DNA of 64,000 nt from Eledone cirrhosa (GCA_964016885.1 OZ024740.1:100874001-100938000), one strand, 5' to 3'. Shown: positions 1 to 13,715, numbered from the stretch's first letter. The notes: generated by a model not told the origin, from the letters alone. A program made the numbers and translations.

Positions 1-308
1 TCATCACCTATCAGTGTTAATTTTGCTCATGTCTCTACAGTGAAATATCTGTCTTTTAACAATGGTTTTCTACCCTTACCTGTTCATTTTGTTTTCATAA
101 ATCAAGAATGTCATAATCTGAAAAAAAAAATTACATTATCCTGGAGTAGACAAAAAAAAAAAAAAATTTACAAAAAAAGAAAGAAAAGAAAAAAAAAACA
201 AAGAAAAAAATACAAAGAAGAGAGATATTACCAAAAAGGCTAAAACATATATATATATATACATATATATATATACACATATATATAATGCACATGAGAC
301 TTCTACAG

Positions 309-346
309 ACTGGCTTTTGAAAAGTTAGAGCAACACTTAAACAACG
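309..346 (+). CDS. Candidate short internal exon (LAFEKLEQHLNN), host gene unidentified
   Basis: ttctacAG acceptor, 38 nt open in one frame, strong CG|GTAAGA donor at 347; no homology recognised. Confidence 0.2.
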
Positions 347-983
347 GTAAGAATTTTTGTCTTTTAATATCATTATATTATTATTATTATTTTTTATTAT
401 TATTATAATTGTTATTATTATTATATATACACAGACATAAACACATATTTAGATTGTATTATTGATACAGATTTATGATGTTTATGATCACAAATTTGAC
501 TTAGTGTAATACGAAGGTTGTTTGTTATTGCTCTATATGATTTTTATATGGGTGTGAAGTGTCATACAAGTATGTGTGTGCACAGACATACACACACTCA
601 CACGCAAACACACACACATACATATATATGTATATGTTTATGTATATACACTCACATACTCAAAGAGTGCCTGTGGTTTGAAGACCGGAAAGACCACAAA
701 TCAAGGTAGTGCCCCACTATACCTGATGTGATGCAGTGTGAGTATATTAAAGAGGTGAATCCTGACCGCAAGCCCTACATTTTCCACTTGTTACGTCAAT
801 CTCTTTCAAGGGTATGTATGTATATACATACATATATGTGTGTGTGCATGCATGTGTGTGTGTGTTCAATTTCTTTATACCATAATACTAAATCATCATG
901 TAATGAAACAGGTGTGTGCGTATTGTGTATTTATCAGAATTTCACCCATACAGACTCTCACACATACACTCTTTGACTGTCTG

Positions 984-984
<1 letters not shown>

Positions 985-1062
<78 letters not shown>
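985..1062. repeat. (TC)n microsatellite
   Basis: Direct reading. Confidence 0.95.
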
Positions 1063-1685
1063 TCTCGCTCTTTATTTATGTATATATATATATATATTAT
1101 ATATATATGCATATATATGTGTGAGTGAGTGTGTGCTTGTGTGTATGCATGTGTATATAGATTGTGATGGCTATTTACATATATACATTCAAATTTGATA
1201 TCTATATATTCATACACACACATGCACATATATGTAATCCCTACTATCATCAGCATCATTATGTCTTTGCAAAAGAAAAGATTCAAAATAATAGTTTTGT
1301 GTCCAGACAGGCTCTCTGGTCTGTGATGACTAATACTATGGGCAAGTGGGCCTGGGTCACAGCAGTAGCAAGAGAGATACCATTATGTGCATGGTGCTGC
1401 TGGGCTACAGATCCTTGTCCGTTTACATTTGTCATTAAGGTAGCCCTGCAAGTAATCTAGGAGGAATTAGTAGATTGGTGAATGCACTGTCACCAGGCCT
1501 TACAATCAAAGGCTATAGTAAACTGCAGGTGAGGGTTAATGTTATATTTATCAAGGATTGTATTCAGAGTGTACTTGTTCCTTTTCTTTGGTGAAGTTTT
1601 CTGAAAATGGAATAGGATGGGTTTGTTACACAAACTTGAGTAGGCAATGGTCTTCCATACTAAATTTACAGACACACACGGATAA

Positions 1686-1725
<40 letters not shown>

Positions 1726-2510
1726 GTAAGCCTATATCCATATGCCTATATTGGCTTTCATCTATATACACCTATACACACACACACACACACACACAGA
1801 AGCACGCGTGCATGCACGCACACACACACATATATATATACACACATATACTTTCTCACACATGTAACGTTATTAATTACTATATCTTACAATAATATCA
1901 GTAGTCCATCTATCCAACTTGTTGAATAATGCCAAAAAACTAATTTTCTATGAAATTTACACGCTCTCCAATCAAATAAAGAAAATGTATTTATAAGACT
2001 ATAACAGTAATCATTCAAATAGGTGTTGGTGTTGGCAAACTCATTAGAGCGTCTGATAAAATGGCCTGCAGTAAATTTTATAATATTCGAAGTTCAAACT
2101 CTACGTGAACAATGCATTTGTATGTATGTGAGTGTGTGGGTGTGTTTCGATTTTTTTTCTGTGTGGGGAGGGTATAATATCTTCAGGTTGTGATGGCAGA
2201 TAGGATAAAATATCAGTCATATACTGAGAGGGGAATATATAGAAAAGTATTTTGTACAATTCACACTCTCACATTTCCCACCAAATGTCTCAAAACTAAA
2301 ACCTTTGGACATGTGTTAATATATGAAATCAATATTATAGAATTAAAGTCTTGATAGAGATGTCCTAATCAAACTGGGTATTACGTGTTTATATATATAT
2401 AAATGTGTGTGTGGATATGAAGGTAGATAGAATTAGATATGGTAAAATATGTGATATATAAATATATATACATATATATATATACATACATATATATTAT
2501 ATATATATAT

Positions 2511-2610
2511 ATTGTTATACTTTGGGAGAGTCATGTTGCCAATAAGAAACACACGCACCAGTTGCTTTCACTCCAATTTATTATAAATTCAGAAACAAAT
2601 TCAGAAACGA
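2511..2610. mobile_element. Short Penelope-like pLTR remnant with inversion junction (same family as 30736-31053 and 39899-40485)
   Basis: attgttatactttgggag...gctttcactccaatttatt matches the family on the minus strand; aaattcagaaacga matches its 3' end on the plus strand; flanked by (TA)n. Confidence 0.65.
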
Positions 2611-2689
2611 TATATATATATATATATATTTGTCCCACCCTTGCAAGTAGGGAAAAGCGGACGTAAAATGATGATGATGATGATGATGA

Positions 2690-3103
<414 letters not shown>

Positions 3104-3107
<4 letters not shown>

Positions 3108-3270
3108 AACCAGTAAGACCCCTTACTGAATTAGTCCAGAATTAGCCGTCGAAATGGCTTGAGCTCAGCCGTCGGGGTCTTACTGGTTCCTATTACCCAC
3201 TCTACTACCCCAAGTATTGAGTACTTTGGTGCGTTATGCTCCACCTGGTTCCTTACCCCATTTCCTTTGT
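3104..3270. mobile_element. (TA)n-flanked fold-back element, related to 4532-4720 (putative Penelope-like pLTR remnant)
   Basis: Inverted repeat ggaaccagtaagacccc / ggggtcttactggttcc; 3' part tattacccactctactacc...ccacctggttcc shared with 4640-4720. Confidence 0.55.
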
Positions 3271-3311
3271 TATATATATATATATACATTAATATGTATA
3301 TATATATATAT

Positions 3312-3411
3312 AGTAATAATAATAAATGTGAAGACTAAAATCCAAAGAGGGCTTGATCCCGTTAAGGGTGAAAGCAGCGATTCTTTGCTTAAACTTTAAT
3401 CTGTTATTTTA

Positions 3412-3416
<5 letters not shown>
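3312..3416. mobile_element. Penelope-like pLTR remnant with inversion junction (family of 4445-4515 and 6707-7080)
   Basis: gaagactaaaatccaaagaggg matches 6729-6750; gatcccgttaagggtgaaagc...aataaat is the reverse complement of 6799-6860. Confidence 0.6.
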
Positions 3417-3486
<70 letters not shown>

Positions 3487-3610
3487 TTCATATACAGGCA
3501 TATATAAAATTATACATGCATATATGTACATATATATATGTATTCATTAAAAGATTAAAAGCAACAGAAAGCCAGACTGGAAACTTTCTTTAAAATTTTA
3601 ATTCCATGAA

Positions 3611-3686
3611 AACACTATACCTATTTCAATGGCCCAGTTTCATCATCTGATCATGATTCAAGACTTAAGCAATTTCATCAGGTGTT
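3611..3686 (-). ncRNA. Putative minimal type I hammerhead ribozyme
   Basis: Minus strand AACAC-CUGAUGA-[stem II aauug...ccauu]-GAA-AUAGGUAU-A-GUGUU: perfect 5-bp stem I, canonical core, AUA triplet, ATTAAA just downstream. Confidence 0.6.
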
Positions 3687-3874
3687 AATTGTAAAAATAG
3701 TTATTATAAAATAACAGAATTATGGCAAACCGAGTATAGAAAATAAAGGAATGAATTGGTTTGGGGATGGCTTACCAATTTTGTATTATTGTAATGGCAA
3801 ACTCTCCCCAAATATCACACATGCATCATGACCAGGTTTACTCATTGGCAAACAACATAACATAAATGGTATAT

Positions 3875-3905
<31 letters not shown>

Positions 3906-3956
3906 AATGAAATGTATAGAAAACATTGTAGCGAAAAGCAAACAGTATTCCATAAT

Positions 3957-4295
3957 ATCATCATCATTTCATTTTACATCCGCTTTTCCCCTGCTTGCAA
4001 GGGTGGGACGGGAACTGATGCTGGCTTGATTTCTACAGCTGGATGCCCTTCCTAACACCAAGCTCATTTACAGTGAGTGCTGGGTGCTTTTTTGCCGTGG
4101 CACCTCCACGACCACTTTGCAGTGGAATGATATGGACGCCAGTCCCTATCATCTCATTTCTACAGCTGAGTAAACTGGAGCAATGTGAAATAAAGTGTCT
4201 TGCTCAAGGAAACAACACATCATCCGGTCTGAGAATTGAACTCACAACCTTTCGATTGCAAGGCCAATGCTCTAACCACTAAGCCATGTGCCTCC
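3957..4295 (-). mobile_element. SINE family B (tRNA head, V-domain-like core, RTE-type tail)
   Basis: Reverse complement of 8812-9160; A box TGGCTTAGTGG, B box GTTCAATTC, (GAT)n tail. Confidence 0.85.
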
Positions 4296-4323
4296 ATTGC
4301 AAGGCCAATGCTCTAACCACTAC

Positions 4324-4360
<37 letters not shown>

Positions 4361-4444
4361 CATGTGTGTGTGTGTGTATAGATAAATATATATATATATA
4401 TATGTATATGTGGGTGTATATATTAATATATATATATATATACA

Positions 4445-4515
4445 ATTTCAGAAGATCCCATTAAGGGTGAAAGAAGCGATTCTTTGCTTAAACTTTAATC
4501 AGTTATTTTAATAAA
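4445..4515 (+). ncRNA. Hammerhead-like motif with CAGAAGA core in a pLTR remnant
   Basis: TTT-CAGAAGA-TCCC attaa GGGT-GAAA...TGCT-T-AAACT then AATAAA; same as 6821-6871 on the minus strand. Confidence 0.4.
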
Positions 4516-4531
4516 TATATATATATATAGC

Positions 4532-4720
4532 AAATTGTTCAACACCCGACGGCAGAGCTCAAGCCACTTTGACGGCTACTTCTGGACAGAAATATCTGTC
4601 AAAGTGGCTTGAGCTCTGCCAACGGGTCTTGAACATTTTACTATTACCCACTCTACTACCCTATTATTGAGTACTATGGTGTGTTATGGTCCACCTGGTT
4701 CCGTACCACACTTCCTTCAT
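4532..4720. mobile_element. (TA)n-flanked fold-back element (family of 3104-3270)
   Basis: ~44-bp imperfect inverted repeat aaattgttcaacacccgacggcagagctcaagccactttgac / gtcaaagtggcttgagctctgccaacgggtcttgaacatttt. Confidence 0.55.
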
Positions 4721-4774
4721 TATATATATATATACGTATATGTGTAAGTACATATATGTAATATATATAATATA

Positions 4775-4880
<106 letters not shown>

Positions 4881-5132
4881 TATAAATATATATGTATATA
4901 TGTAGGTTTGTGAGTGTGTGCATGTGTTTCATCATCATGTATATTTGTGTGGAGGGTGGGGTGTATCACCATTTGACATCAGCTTTACTTGTTAAAGAGT
5001 TAAATGTGTCTACTCAAAATGAGTCGGTACTGAAGCGAGTTTACTGACCATCTAGTTCAGGATGGGGGCCCACAACAAACATAGATATGGTCATACACTC
5101 TACTGAGTTCATTACATACATATATATATATA

Positions 5133-5205
<73 letters not shown>

Positions 5206-5502
5206 TAAGTTATTCCGGGTTGAATCGGAGGTAACCACAGTAAGTAAGGTACTCAATACATAGCAGAGTATAAAAGTTTTTATATATATATATATATATA
5301 GTGTATATACATAGTTTGTATATATATATATATATATGTGTGTGGGTGTATATCTATATATCTATATATATGCTAGCATCCAAAAATGGACACTAAATAG
5401 TGATGATGATTATACACACACACACACACCCATATATATAGACACATTCACACACACCCATATATACATATATACAAATTCAGAATGGGTATCTCTGTTT
5501 AC

Positions 5503-5556
5503 TCTTCTTCTTCTTCTTCTTCTTCTTCTTCTTCTTCTTCTTCTTCTTCTTCTTCT
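5503..5556. repeat. (CTT)n microsatellite
   Basis: Direct reading. Confidence 0.95.
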
Positions 5557-5721
5557 ACTTGTGCATCTTTGATAAATATATCGATATATTTTCCTTTATG
5601 TTCTCATTTCTTTACACATTTTCTTCCCACACCCCTCCTCATCATTCTCTTTCTCATCATCTTCAATTCCAACCACATCTTATATGTCATCCTTATCCTC
5701 ACCTTTTATTAATATTACTAT

Positions 5722-5868
<147 letters not shown>

Positions 5869-6583
5869 CCTGTATATATAATTATTCCAAGTAGAAAGTG
5901 TTGGTTGATCAAGAATCGACTACCGTGTAATCAGACATAAGCACTCCCTGGCATGTTTATCTTTTGAGAATATCTATATAGTATCAGCCAGCGTATCAAT
6001 TATTTTAAAATCGATATCATGTATATATCTTCAGTTTATTATATATATACATATATTTATATATCAGGATTAAACCACTATTGAGTTAGTTAGGTGTAGG
6101 CCATTATTCAATACTTGAGTTCATAGAGTGAACATATATATATATATTTTTTTTTTATATATACTTCCATATACTTGTGTAAGTATTAACCACCTTGTCC
6201 CATCTCAATTTGCCAAAAGAAATTGGAGATTTCCATGTCTCCCTAGTTGTTTACAGTCAACAGATTAAAATATTATCCTGAACATATCTATAACAATGAG
6301 AAAACAACATTTTCTACATTATTATGTTCAGATGTAAACATATGAACATATTTATAAGAGCTATATGAACTTCTTTATGGCTTCTTTAGTAGAAAGTGCA
6401 ATTTGATGGGTATAGGTACATTGGTACAGTTTCTCTTAAATCATTTTTTAATTTTTTTTTTTTAATTTATTCAGAATCAGTTTTGGATTCTGATTATTGG
6501 TAGAGTATTAGGGATTCGATTGTAAAATTCAGCCCCTCCATTGTTATCACTGCCATGATACCCCCATGAAATAGTCTAAAACC

Positions 6584-6678
<95 letters not shown>

Positions 6679-6706
6679 CTATGTATGTATATGTATATAT
6701 ATATAT

Positions 6707-7080
6707 AGTAATAATAATAATAAACTTGAAGACTAAAATCCAAAGAGGGCTCGATAAGGATGAATATATATCAAATATATAAGAACCGTAGAGCAAATAT
6801 TTATTAAAATAACAGATTAAAGTTTAAGCAAAGAATCGCTGCTTTCACACTTAACGGGATCTTCTGAAACTAAAGAAAATCAATCTGTGAATGCAGAAGT
6901 AAATATTTCGAAAAACGTTGCAACCGAAGCAAGACAGGAAGACGATACTTTGGTTCATGGAAACGTTCCTTGGCAAAGAACGAAAAAAAATATTTGCTCT
7001 ACAGTTCTTATATATTTGATATATATTTATCCTTATCAAGCTCTCTTTGGATTTTAGTCTTCAAATTTATTACTATTACT
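6707..7080. mobile_element. Penelope-like inverted pLTR structure in (TA)n
   Basis: ~95-bp inverted arms (about 6707-6803 and 6986-7080) enclosing a hammerhead-like fold at 6821-6871 (minus) followed by AATAAA. Confidence 0.6.
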
Positions 7081-7083
7081 ATA

Positions 7084-7134
<51 letters not shown>

Positions 7135-7217
7135 ATATATATATATATGTACATATATATGTATATATATATATATATATGTATGTATATATATATATAT
7201 ATGTATATATATGTATG

Positions 7218-7283
<66 letters not shown>

Positions 7284-7557
7284 CACACATATATATACAT
7301 ACATATACATATATATATATAAATATATACATACGTGTGCATATATATATATATTATGTTAGATTGAATCATACATTAACTGAATAGGCACATAACACAT
7401 GATTTTAGGCTAGGTTTTACTTTTTGAACAAAAGTCTTACAGTGATATTTGTTTTGACTTTAGTGTCTTCAGATTTTCGCTCCCACTCATACACACATTA
7501 TATATATGCATGAATATATATATATATATATATACACACATTTATATATATACACTT

Positions 7558-7784
7558 GTGTGTTTGAGTCCTGCATTCAATCGGAGATGATCACACTTAG
7601 TAAGCTACTCAATACATTAGCAAATTTTAAACATCAAGTTTAATATATAATTGGCTTCTACAAGACTAGAACTGTTTCATTCTAACAGAAATCATCGGGA
7701 AAGCCCTTTTGTTGGTGATTTCTTTTGAATGAAACTTTTCTAGTCATGTAGAATCCATTTCTATATTAAACTTAATGTTTTAAA
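7558..7784. mobile_element. (TA)n-flanked fold-back element with hammerhead-like remnants
   Basis: Inverted arms ~7625-7696 and 7714-7784; minus strand CCGATGA-ttct/agaa-GAAAC...GTC; 5' part related to 5204-5280 and 31078-31113. Confidence 0.45.
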
Positions 7785-7992
7785 TATATATATATATATA
7801 TATAAACATATACACAAATCTATATACATCTGTACATTATATAAATATATCTATATCAGAATGAGAGTGTACATAATCACATATCATCATCATTCAACAC
7901 ACAGTTTGCATGTTAACAAATTTTGGTCTTGCCATCACAGACCAAATCTTTATTGAATCAAATCTACTGTCACCTGTCTTGCATAAATATAC

Positions 7993-8058
7993 TTTCACTT
8001 TATATATATAGGCCATGGCTGAAACTTTGATTTTACTAAACTTCTATTTGTGTATATA

Positions 8059-8089
<31 letters not shown>

Positions 8090-8156
8090 ATATAAATATA
8101 TATATATACACACACGCATACACACAGATTATATATGAATATATATATACACATAG

Positions 8157-8217
<61 letters not shown>

Positions 8218-8380
8218 TATGTGTATATATATATTCATATATAATCTGTGTGTATGCGTGTGTGTATATATATACATTTATATATATCTATATCTATATC
8301 TATATATACATATATATATACACAAATGGAAGTTTAGTAAAATCAAAGTTTCAGCCATGGCCTATATATATAAAGTGAAA
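7993..8380. repeat. Near-perfect ~390-bp palindrome centred on (TA)n
   Basis: tttcactttatatatataggccatggctgaaactttgattttactaaactt mirrored at 8331-8380, including the microsatellite interruptions. Confidence 0.9.
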
Positions 8381-8434
8381 TATCCGTATATATGTATATA
8401 TGTGTGTGTATGTGTCTGTATATATATATATACA

Positions 8435-8523
<89 letters not shown>

Positions 8524-8779
8524 ATATATATATATATATATATAAATGTGTATATATATACAGACACATACACACATATATACATATATATCTGTGTGTG
8601 CCCATAACATTGGGAGTACCGAGTGAGTTGAAATATTTTAGAAAAGTACAAAATTTTAAATGCAGGAAAATAACTGTAAATACTGCGTACAAAATACGGT
8701 AGAACCCCATATAGATGGTAAAACCCTGTATATACATACATGATGATGATGATACATATTCATATACATATATATACAT

Positions 8780-8811
<32 letters not shown>

Positions 8812-9160
8812 GGAGGCACATGGCTTAGTTGTTAGAGCATTGGCCTTGCAATCGAAAGGTTGTGAGTTCAATTCTCAGACCGGGTGATGTGTTGTTTCCT
8901 TGAGCAAGACACTTTATTTCACATTGCTCCTGTTTACTCAGCTGTAGAAATGAGATGATAGGGACTGGGGTCCCTTTCTTTCCACTGCAAAGTGGTCGTG
9001 GAGGTGCCACGGCAAAAAAGCACCCAGCACTCACTGTAAATGAGGTTGGTGTTAGGAAGGGCATCCAGCTGTAGAAATCAAGCCAGAATCAGTTCCCGTC
9101 CCACCCTTGCAAGCAGGGAAAAGTGGACGTAAAATGAAATGATGATGATGAAATGATGAT
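8812..9160 (+). mobile_element. SINE family B, full length
   Basis: GGAGGCACATGGCTTAG tRNA-like head with A/B boxes; gtttccttgagcaagacactt V-domain-like motif; tail gttaggaagggcatccagctgtagaaa...ggacgtaaaatga(GAT)n shared with RTE 3' ends. Confidence 0.85.
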
Positions 9161-9183
9161 ATATATATATATATATATATATA

Positions 9184-9450
9184 TTACAGTGTGGACTGGG
9201 AGGTTTTTACCGTGCTACCTACACAGCCACATTACAGTCCACGTTGTAATGTGGCCGTGTAGGTAACACAATAAAAACCTACCAGTCCACACTGTAAACG
9301 TGGTTGGTGTTAGGAAGGGCATCCAGCCGTAGAAAACCCGCCAGACAGTCCTATGCGAGCAAGACAACCGATCTTGCCTCAAGTGGGAAAATTCCCATAC
9401 AAACCCATGCAAGCGTGGAAGATAGACATTAAACGATGATGATGATGATA
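9184..9450 (+). mobile_element. RTE 3'-UTR fragment with 5' inversion
   Basis: Matches 62370-62580; 9184-9235 is an inverted copy of ~9245-9297. Confidence 0.75.
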
Positions 9451-9638
9451 CATATACATACATACATATTCATATACATATATGTACATATATATATATT
9501 TATGTATATATATATATATATATATGTATCATCATCATCATCATCATCAACGTTTAACGTCCGTGTTCCACGCTTGCATGATATATACACACACACAGAT
9601 ATATATATATACATATACATTTATATATATATATACAT

Positions 9639-9669
<31 letters not shown>

Positions 9670-9768
9670 TACAATTACATATATATATATATATATACAT
9701 ATATATATACACACACACATGCATATATATATATGTATACATTTATATATATATTATTACTATTACAT

Positions 9769-10741
9769 ATCATCATCATCATCATCATCGTTTAACGTCC
9801 ATGTTCCACGCTTGCATGGGTTTGGACGGGAGTTTTCCCACTTGAGGCAAGAGTGGTTGTCTTGCTCGCATAGGACTGTCTGGCGGGTTTTCTACAGCTG
9901 GATGCCCTTCCTAACACCAACCACATTTACAGTGTGGGGCTGGGAGGTTTTTACCGTGTTGCCTACACGGCCACATTACAGCATGGTCTGTCTGGCGGGT
10001 TTTCTACAGCTGGATGCCCTTCCTAACACCAACCACATTTACAGTATGGGACTGGGAGGTTTTTACCGTGTTGCCTACACGGCCACATTACAGCGTGGAC
10101 TGTGTGTTTTTTGTCGTGACACCTACACGATCTCATTTGTTTTGGCCTGGATGTTGTGGCACCAACATAACTTTAAATTGAAAGGGGCGGTGTGGATGTG
10201 GTGGGTGTGGTGGGACGGGGGTGTATTTTGTTAGAGATATTTACTGACTGTAGTAGGTTTTACTTTGTATTTAGGTAAGGCGGGTCTTCTCTATTACTGA
10301 GTACCGCCAAAGGTCTCGGTCCAGTGATATTGTCTTGGAGAGGTGTAAGTGTGTCAGGTCAGAATTTATCAGCTCGTCCCAGGTTTTTCTGGGTCTGCCT
10401 ACTCCGTGGCTACCATCTATCTTTATTGCCCTGCATTTTGTTATACAGCTGTCGTCTTTCATGCGCATCACGTGACCATACCTACGTAGCCTTCTCTCGA
10501 GTAAACAACATCTGATCCCTCTTATTTCTAATTTTTTCTTTAGTTCGTTTATGCTTTGCCGTTCACGTATATTACTATTACACATCCAGCGGAGCATGCA
10601 AGCTTCGTTCCTCTCTAGTCTGCGTATATCCTCTGCACACAATGCCCAGGTCTCACTGCCATGCAACATTGCTGTTCGTATGCAGGCATCATACAACCTG
10701 CCTTTCATTTTTAGGGAGAACCCTTTAGCGGCTAATAGTGG
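9769..10741 (-). mobile_element. 5'-truncated RTE-clade LINE (C-terminal ORF part plus 3' UTR)
   Basis: ORF to 10271: KGRLYDACIRTAMLHGSETW...RRLRRYGHVMRM...GRPRKTW...DRDLWR; 3' UTR with duplicated module; (GAT)n tail. Confidence 0.9.
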
Positions 10742-10808
10742 TATATATATATATATATATATTATTACTATTACATATATATATATATATATATGCATAT
10801 ATACATAC

Positions 10809-11025
10809 GTAATGTGGCTGTGTCGGTAACACGGTAAAAACCTCCCAGTCCACACTGTAAATGTGGTTTATGTTAGGAAGGGCATCCAGCCATAGTAAAC
10901 CTGCCAGACAGTCCTATACGAGCAAGACAACCGATCTTGCCTCAAGTGAGACAATTCCCATCTAAACCCATGCAAGCGTGGAAGATAGACATTAAACAAT
11001 GATAATGATGATGATGATGATGATA
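10809..11025 (+). mobile_element. RTE 3'-UTR tail fragment
   Basis: Same module as 9245-9450, ends in (GAT)n. Confidence 0.75.
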
Positions 11026-11051
11026 CATATGTTTGTGTGTGTATGTATGAG

Positions 11052-11126
<75 letters not shown>

Positions 11127-11629
11127 AAGTATTTATGTATATTCTAATATGCATTCTGTAATGTGTTTTTTGTTATACTTTTGGCTGAGTTCAAAATTGA
11201 TAAAATTGATAAAATCTGTATTGGACTGATACTTTATTTTATCAGCCCCATGTGGTTAAAAAGAAAAGTTGACACAGATAATATTTGAATACTGCACATA
11301 ATGGGATATAACACAAAATGCCACATCATATTCTATCTGATGCTCTAATGATGCTACCAATTAAAGATAATTATGGAAAATGTTTCCAATTTAAGCCCAA
11401 GGTCATAAATTTGGTCGGGTGAAATAGTTAATTATATTGACTACAATCCTTTAGTGTTATTTTATATCATGGATTTGAAAAACGTTCCAAGCCGATGTAA
11501 AGCCAGGCAAGTCTTGAACTGGGAGTAAATATATTTAGATTGGCACTATACCAATTCAATTATCACCCAACTTTAATAAAAAAAATAAAAAAAATGCTAG
11601 TAATAATTATAGATATTGATAATATTAAA

Positions 11630-12266
11630 TAATAGTTTTTGATTTAGGCACAAGGCCAACAAATTTTTGGGCAGGGAGAGTTGATTAAATCGACTCAGTA
11701 CATTACCAGTACTTTATTTTATCAACCCTCTAATGATGTAAGGCAAAGCTAATCACAGCAGGATTTGAAATCAGAATGTATATGGTTGTATCTATATACC
11801 CAAAGCATATTGTCCGATGTTTTACCGATACTACCAATCCACCAACTATTTATAATGATAATGATAAAGGTTTCCAATTTAGGCACATGACCAGCAATTT
11901 TGGGTGAGGGGTAAGTTGATTAAATCAAACCCAATACTTGATTGGTGCTTTATTCTATTGACCAGAGTGGGGGGAGCAAATGCAAAGTTGACATCAATAG
12001 GTTTCAAACTTAGAACATAAACAGCTGTAACTAGATACCCTAAGGTCTTGCATCGAATTCTCTAACTAATCCACATATAATGATATTAAAATTAATTGTT
12101 TCTACTTTTGGCACAAGGCCAGCAATTACCCAGTACATTACTGGTGCTTTATTTTATCGACCCCGTAAGAATGAAAGGCAAAGTTAACCTCGGCAGGATT
12201 TGAACTCAGTCCATAAAGGGGCGTAACTCTATTCTGGAAAGCATGGCGTCCGAACCTCTACCGATT
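11630..12266 (-). mobile_element. Three tandem SINE family A copies (two diverged, one younger)
   Basis: Repeated ggcacaaggccagcaa...ctggtactttattttatcgaccc...aaggcaaagttaacctcggc...tttgaactcag. Confidence 0.8.
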
Positions 12267-12305
12267 AAAAATAATACTAAATAATTATAATAAAAATAAT
12301 GACAA

Positions 12306-12555
12306 TAATTTCTGATAGGCCACAAGTATGCCAGACACTAGGGACAGTACTATGTTAAAATGCAGTTGGTAATTTATACTGAATAAAAGGTAGGTGGAAA
12401 TAACAATAAGAATATATTAATAAATAAGCAAAAATATTTAGATCAAGCAATAGAGAACTGAATAGAATACAGCAAAAGTATCTATCAAAAGGGAATAATA
12501 CCACACAGAGTGATTCAGGGCACCCCACATGCAACCCTGTATCACCTTGATACAC
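12306..12555 (-). mobile_element. Diverged Tx1-like LINE 3' UTR
   Basis: Minus-strand end ...gtactgtccctagtgtctggcatacttgtggcctatcagaaattatt resembles the ends at 18545 and 19223. Confidence 0.45.
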
Positions 12556-13039
12556 TAAATGCAGTACTTCCTCCCTGTCCTTGATGCTGACCTACAGCCA
12601 TATAGATAATGGGAGCCTATATTGACATAACATTATTACCACACTGATCTGAGTTCAAATCCCGCCGGGGTTAACTTTGCCTTTCATCCTTACGGGATTG
12701 ATAAAATAAAGTACCAGTAATGTACTGGGTATTTGCTGGCCTTGTGCCTATATTAGAAACCATTATTACCACACTGACTTACATTTCATATGACATACTG
12801 AAGGGCAGCACATCTATCTCTGCTGTTGTCATTCTCCCCAAGTACTACTACTACTACTGCTATAAATAATAATAATGGTTTCTGAATTAAGCACAAGATC
12901 AACAATTTTTGGGGGGCTAGGAAAGTTGATTAAATTGATCCCAACGTGTTACTGGTAATTCCTTTTATCAAACCTGTAAAGATGAAAGCAAAGATTTCAA
13001 CTCAGAACATAAAGGCTGCAATTCTTATTGTCCAATGCT

Positions 13040-13101
13040 CTACTACTACTACTACTACTACTATTACTACTACTACTACTACTACCACCACCATCACCAC
13101 C

Positions 13102-13167
<66 letters not shown>

Positions 13168-13170
13168 TAT
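13040..13170. repeat. Compound (CTA)n(CAC)n(TAA)n microsatellite
   Basis: Direct reading. Confidence 0.95.
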
Positions 13171-13179
13171 AATTATCTA

Positions 13180-13571
13180 TAAAAACATTTGAAAAATTGA
13201 GCAAGTATAAGGACCTGGAGATAGAAATTGGAAAAATGTGGAAATTGAGAACTAAAACAATACCAGTGGTGGTAGGCGCTCTAGGAATTATACCTAAGGG
13301 GTCTAATGATTACTTATCGCAAATCCCAGGAAACCTGCGTATAGGAGAAATACAAAAGATAGTACTAATGGGAACTGCCCATATACTAAGGAATATTCTG
13401 TCAATATAAGTACATCACAAGTCTAAACACCTAAAGATGCATGTGTGAGTATGTATGTTCTTTCTTGAACATGGCGGACCTTGTTGTCTCTTGAGGTCAC
13501 TGGTTGTGACTTGGTGATAACTCGTATGAACATAAAGCAAGATAAATGCAGCTGTAATAATAATAATAATA
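13180..13571 (+). mobile_element. R4/Dong-like non-LTR retrotransposon 3' end
   Basis: KLSKYKDLEIEIGKMW...IPVVVGALG...QKIVLMGTAHILR (end of the restriction-like endonuclease domain); (TAA)n on both sides. Confidence 0.85.
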
Positions 13572-13715
13572 ATGCTTTCTTTATTAACCACAAGGGTTTA
13601 CACAAAGTAAGACATTAAGGACAGTACAGGACAATACAGGACAATACAGGACGGTACAAATGGGCATTTCTGTGTGTAAAAAAACAAAAACAGAGGATGT
13701 AACAACAAAGGAAAT
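13572..13715 (-). mobile_element. Tx1-like LINE 3'-UTR fragment
   Basis: Reverse complement of 46800-46932. Confidence 0.8.

Noticed and set aside
4043-4282. Recurrent 79-aa ORF MPFLTP... (also 8825, 58443)
   Set aside because: Antisense reading of SINE family B
8812-8885. tRNA-like sequence with A and B boxes
   Set aside because: No proper acceptor stem, and it continues into a multi-copy SINE body, so it is a SINE head rather than a tRNA gene
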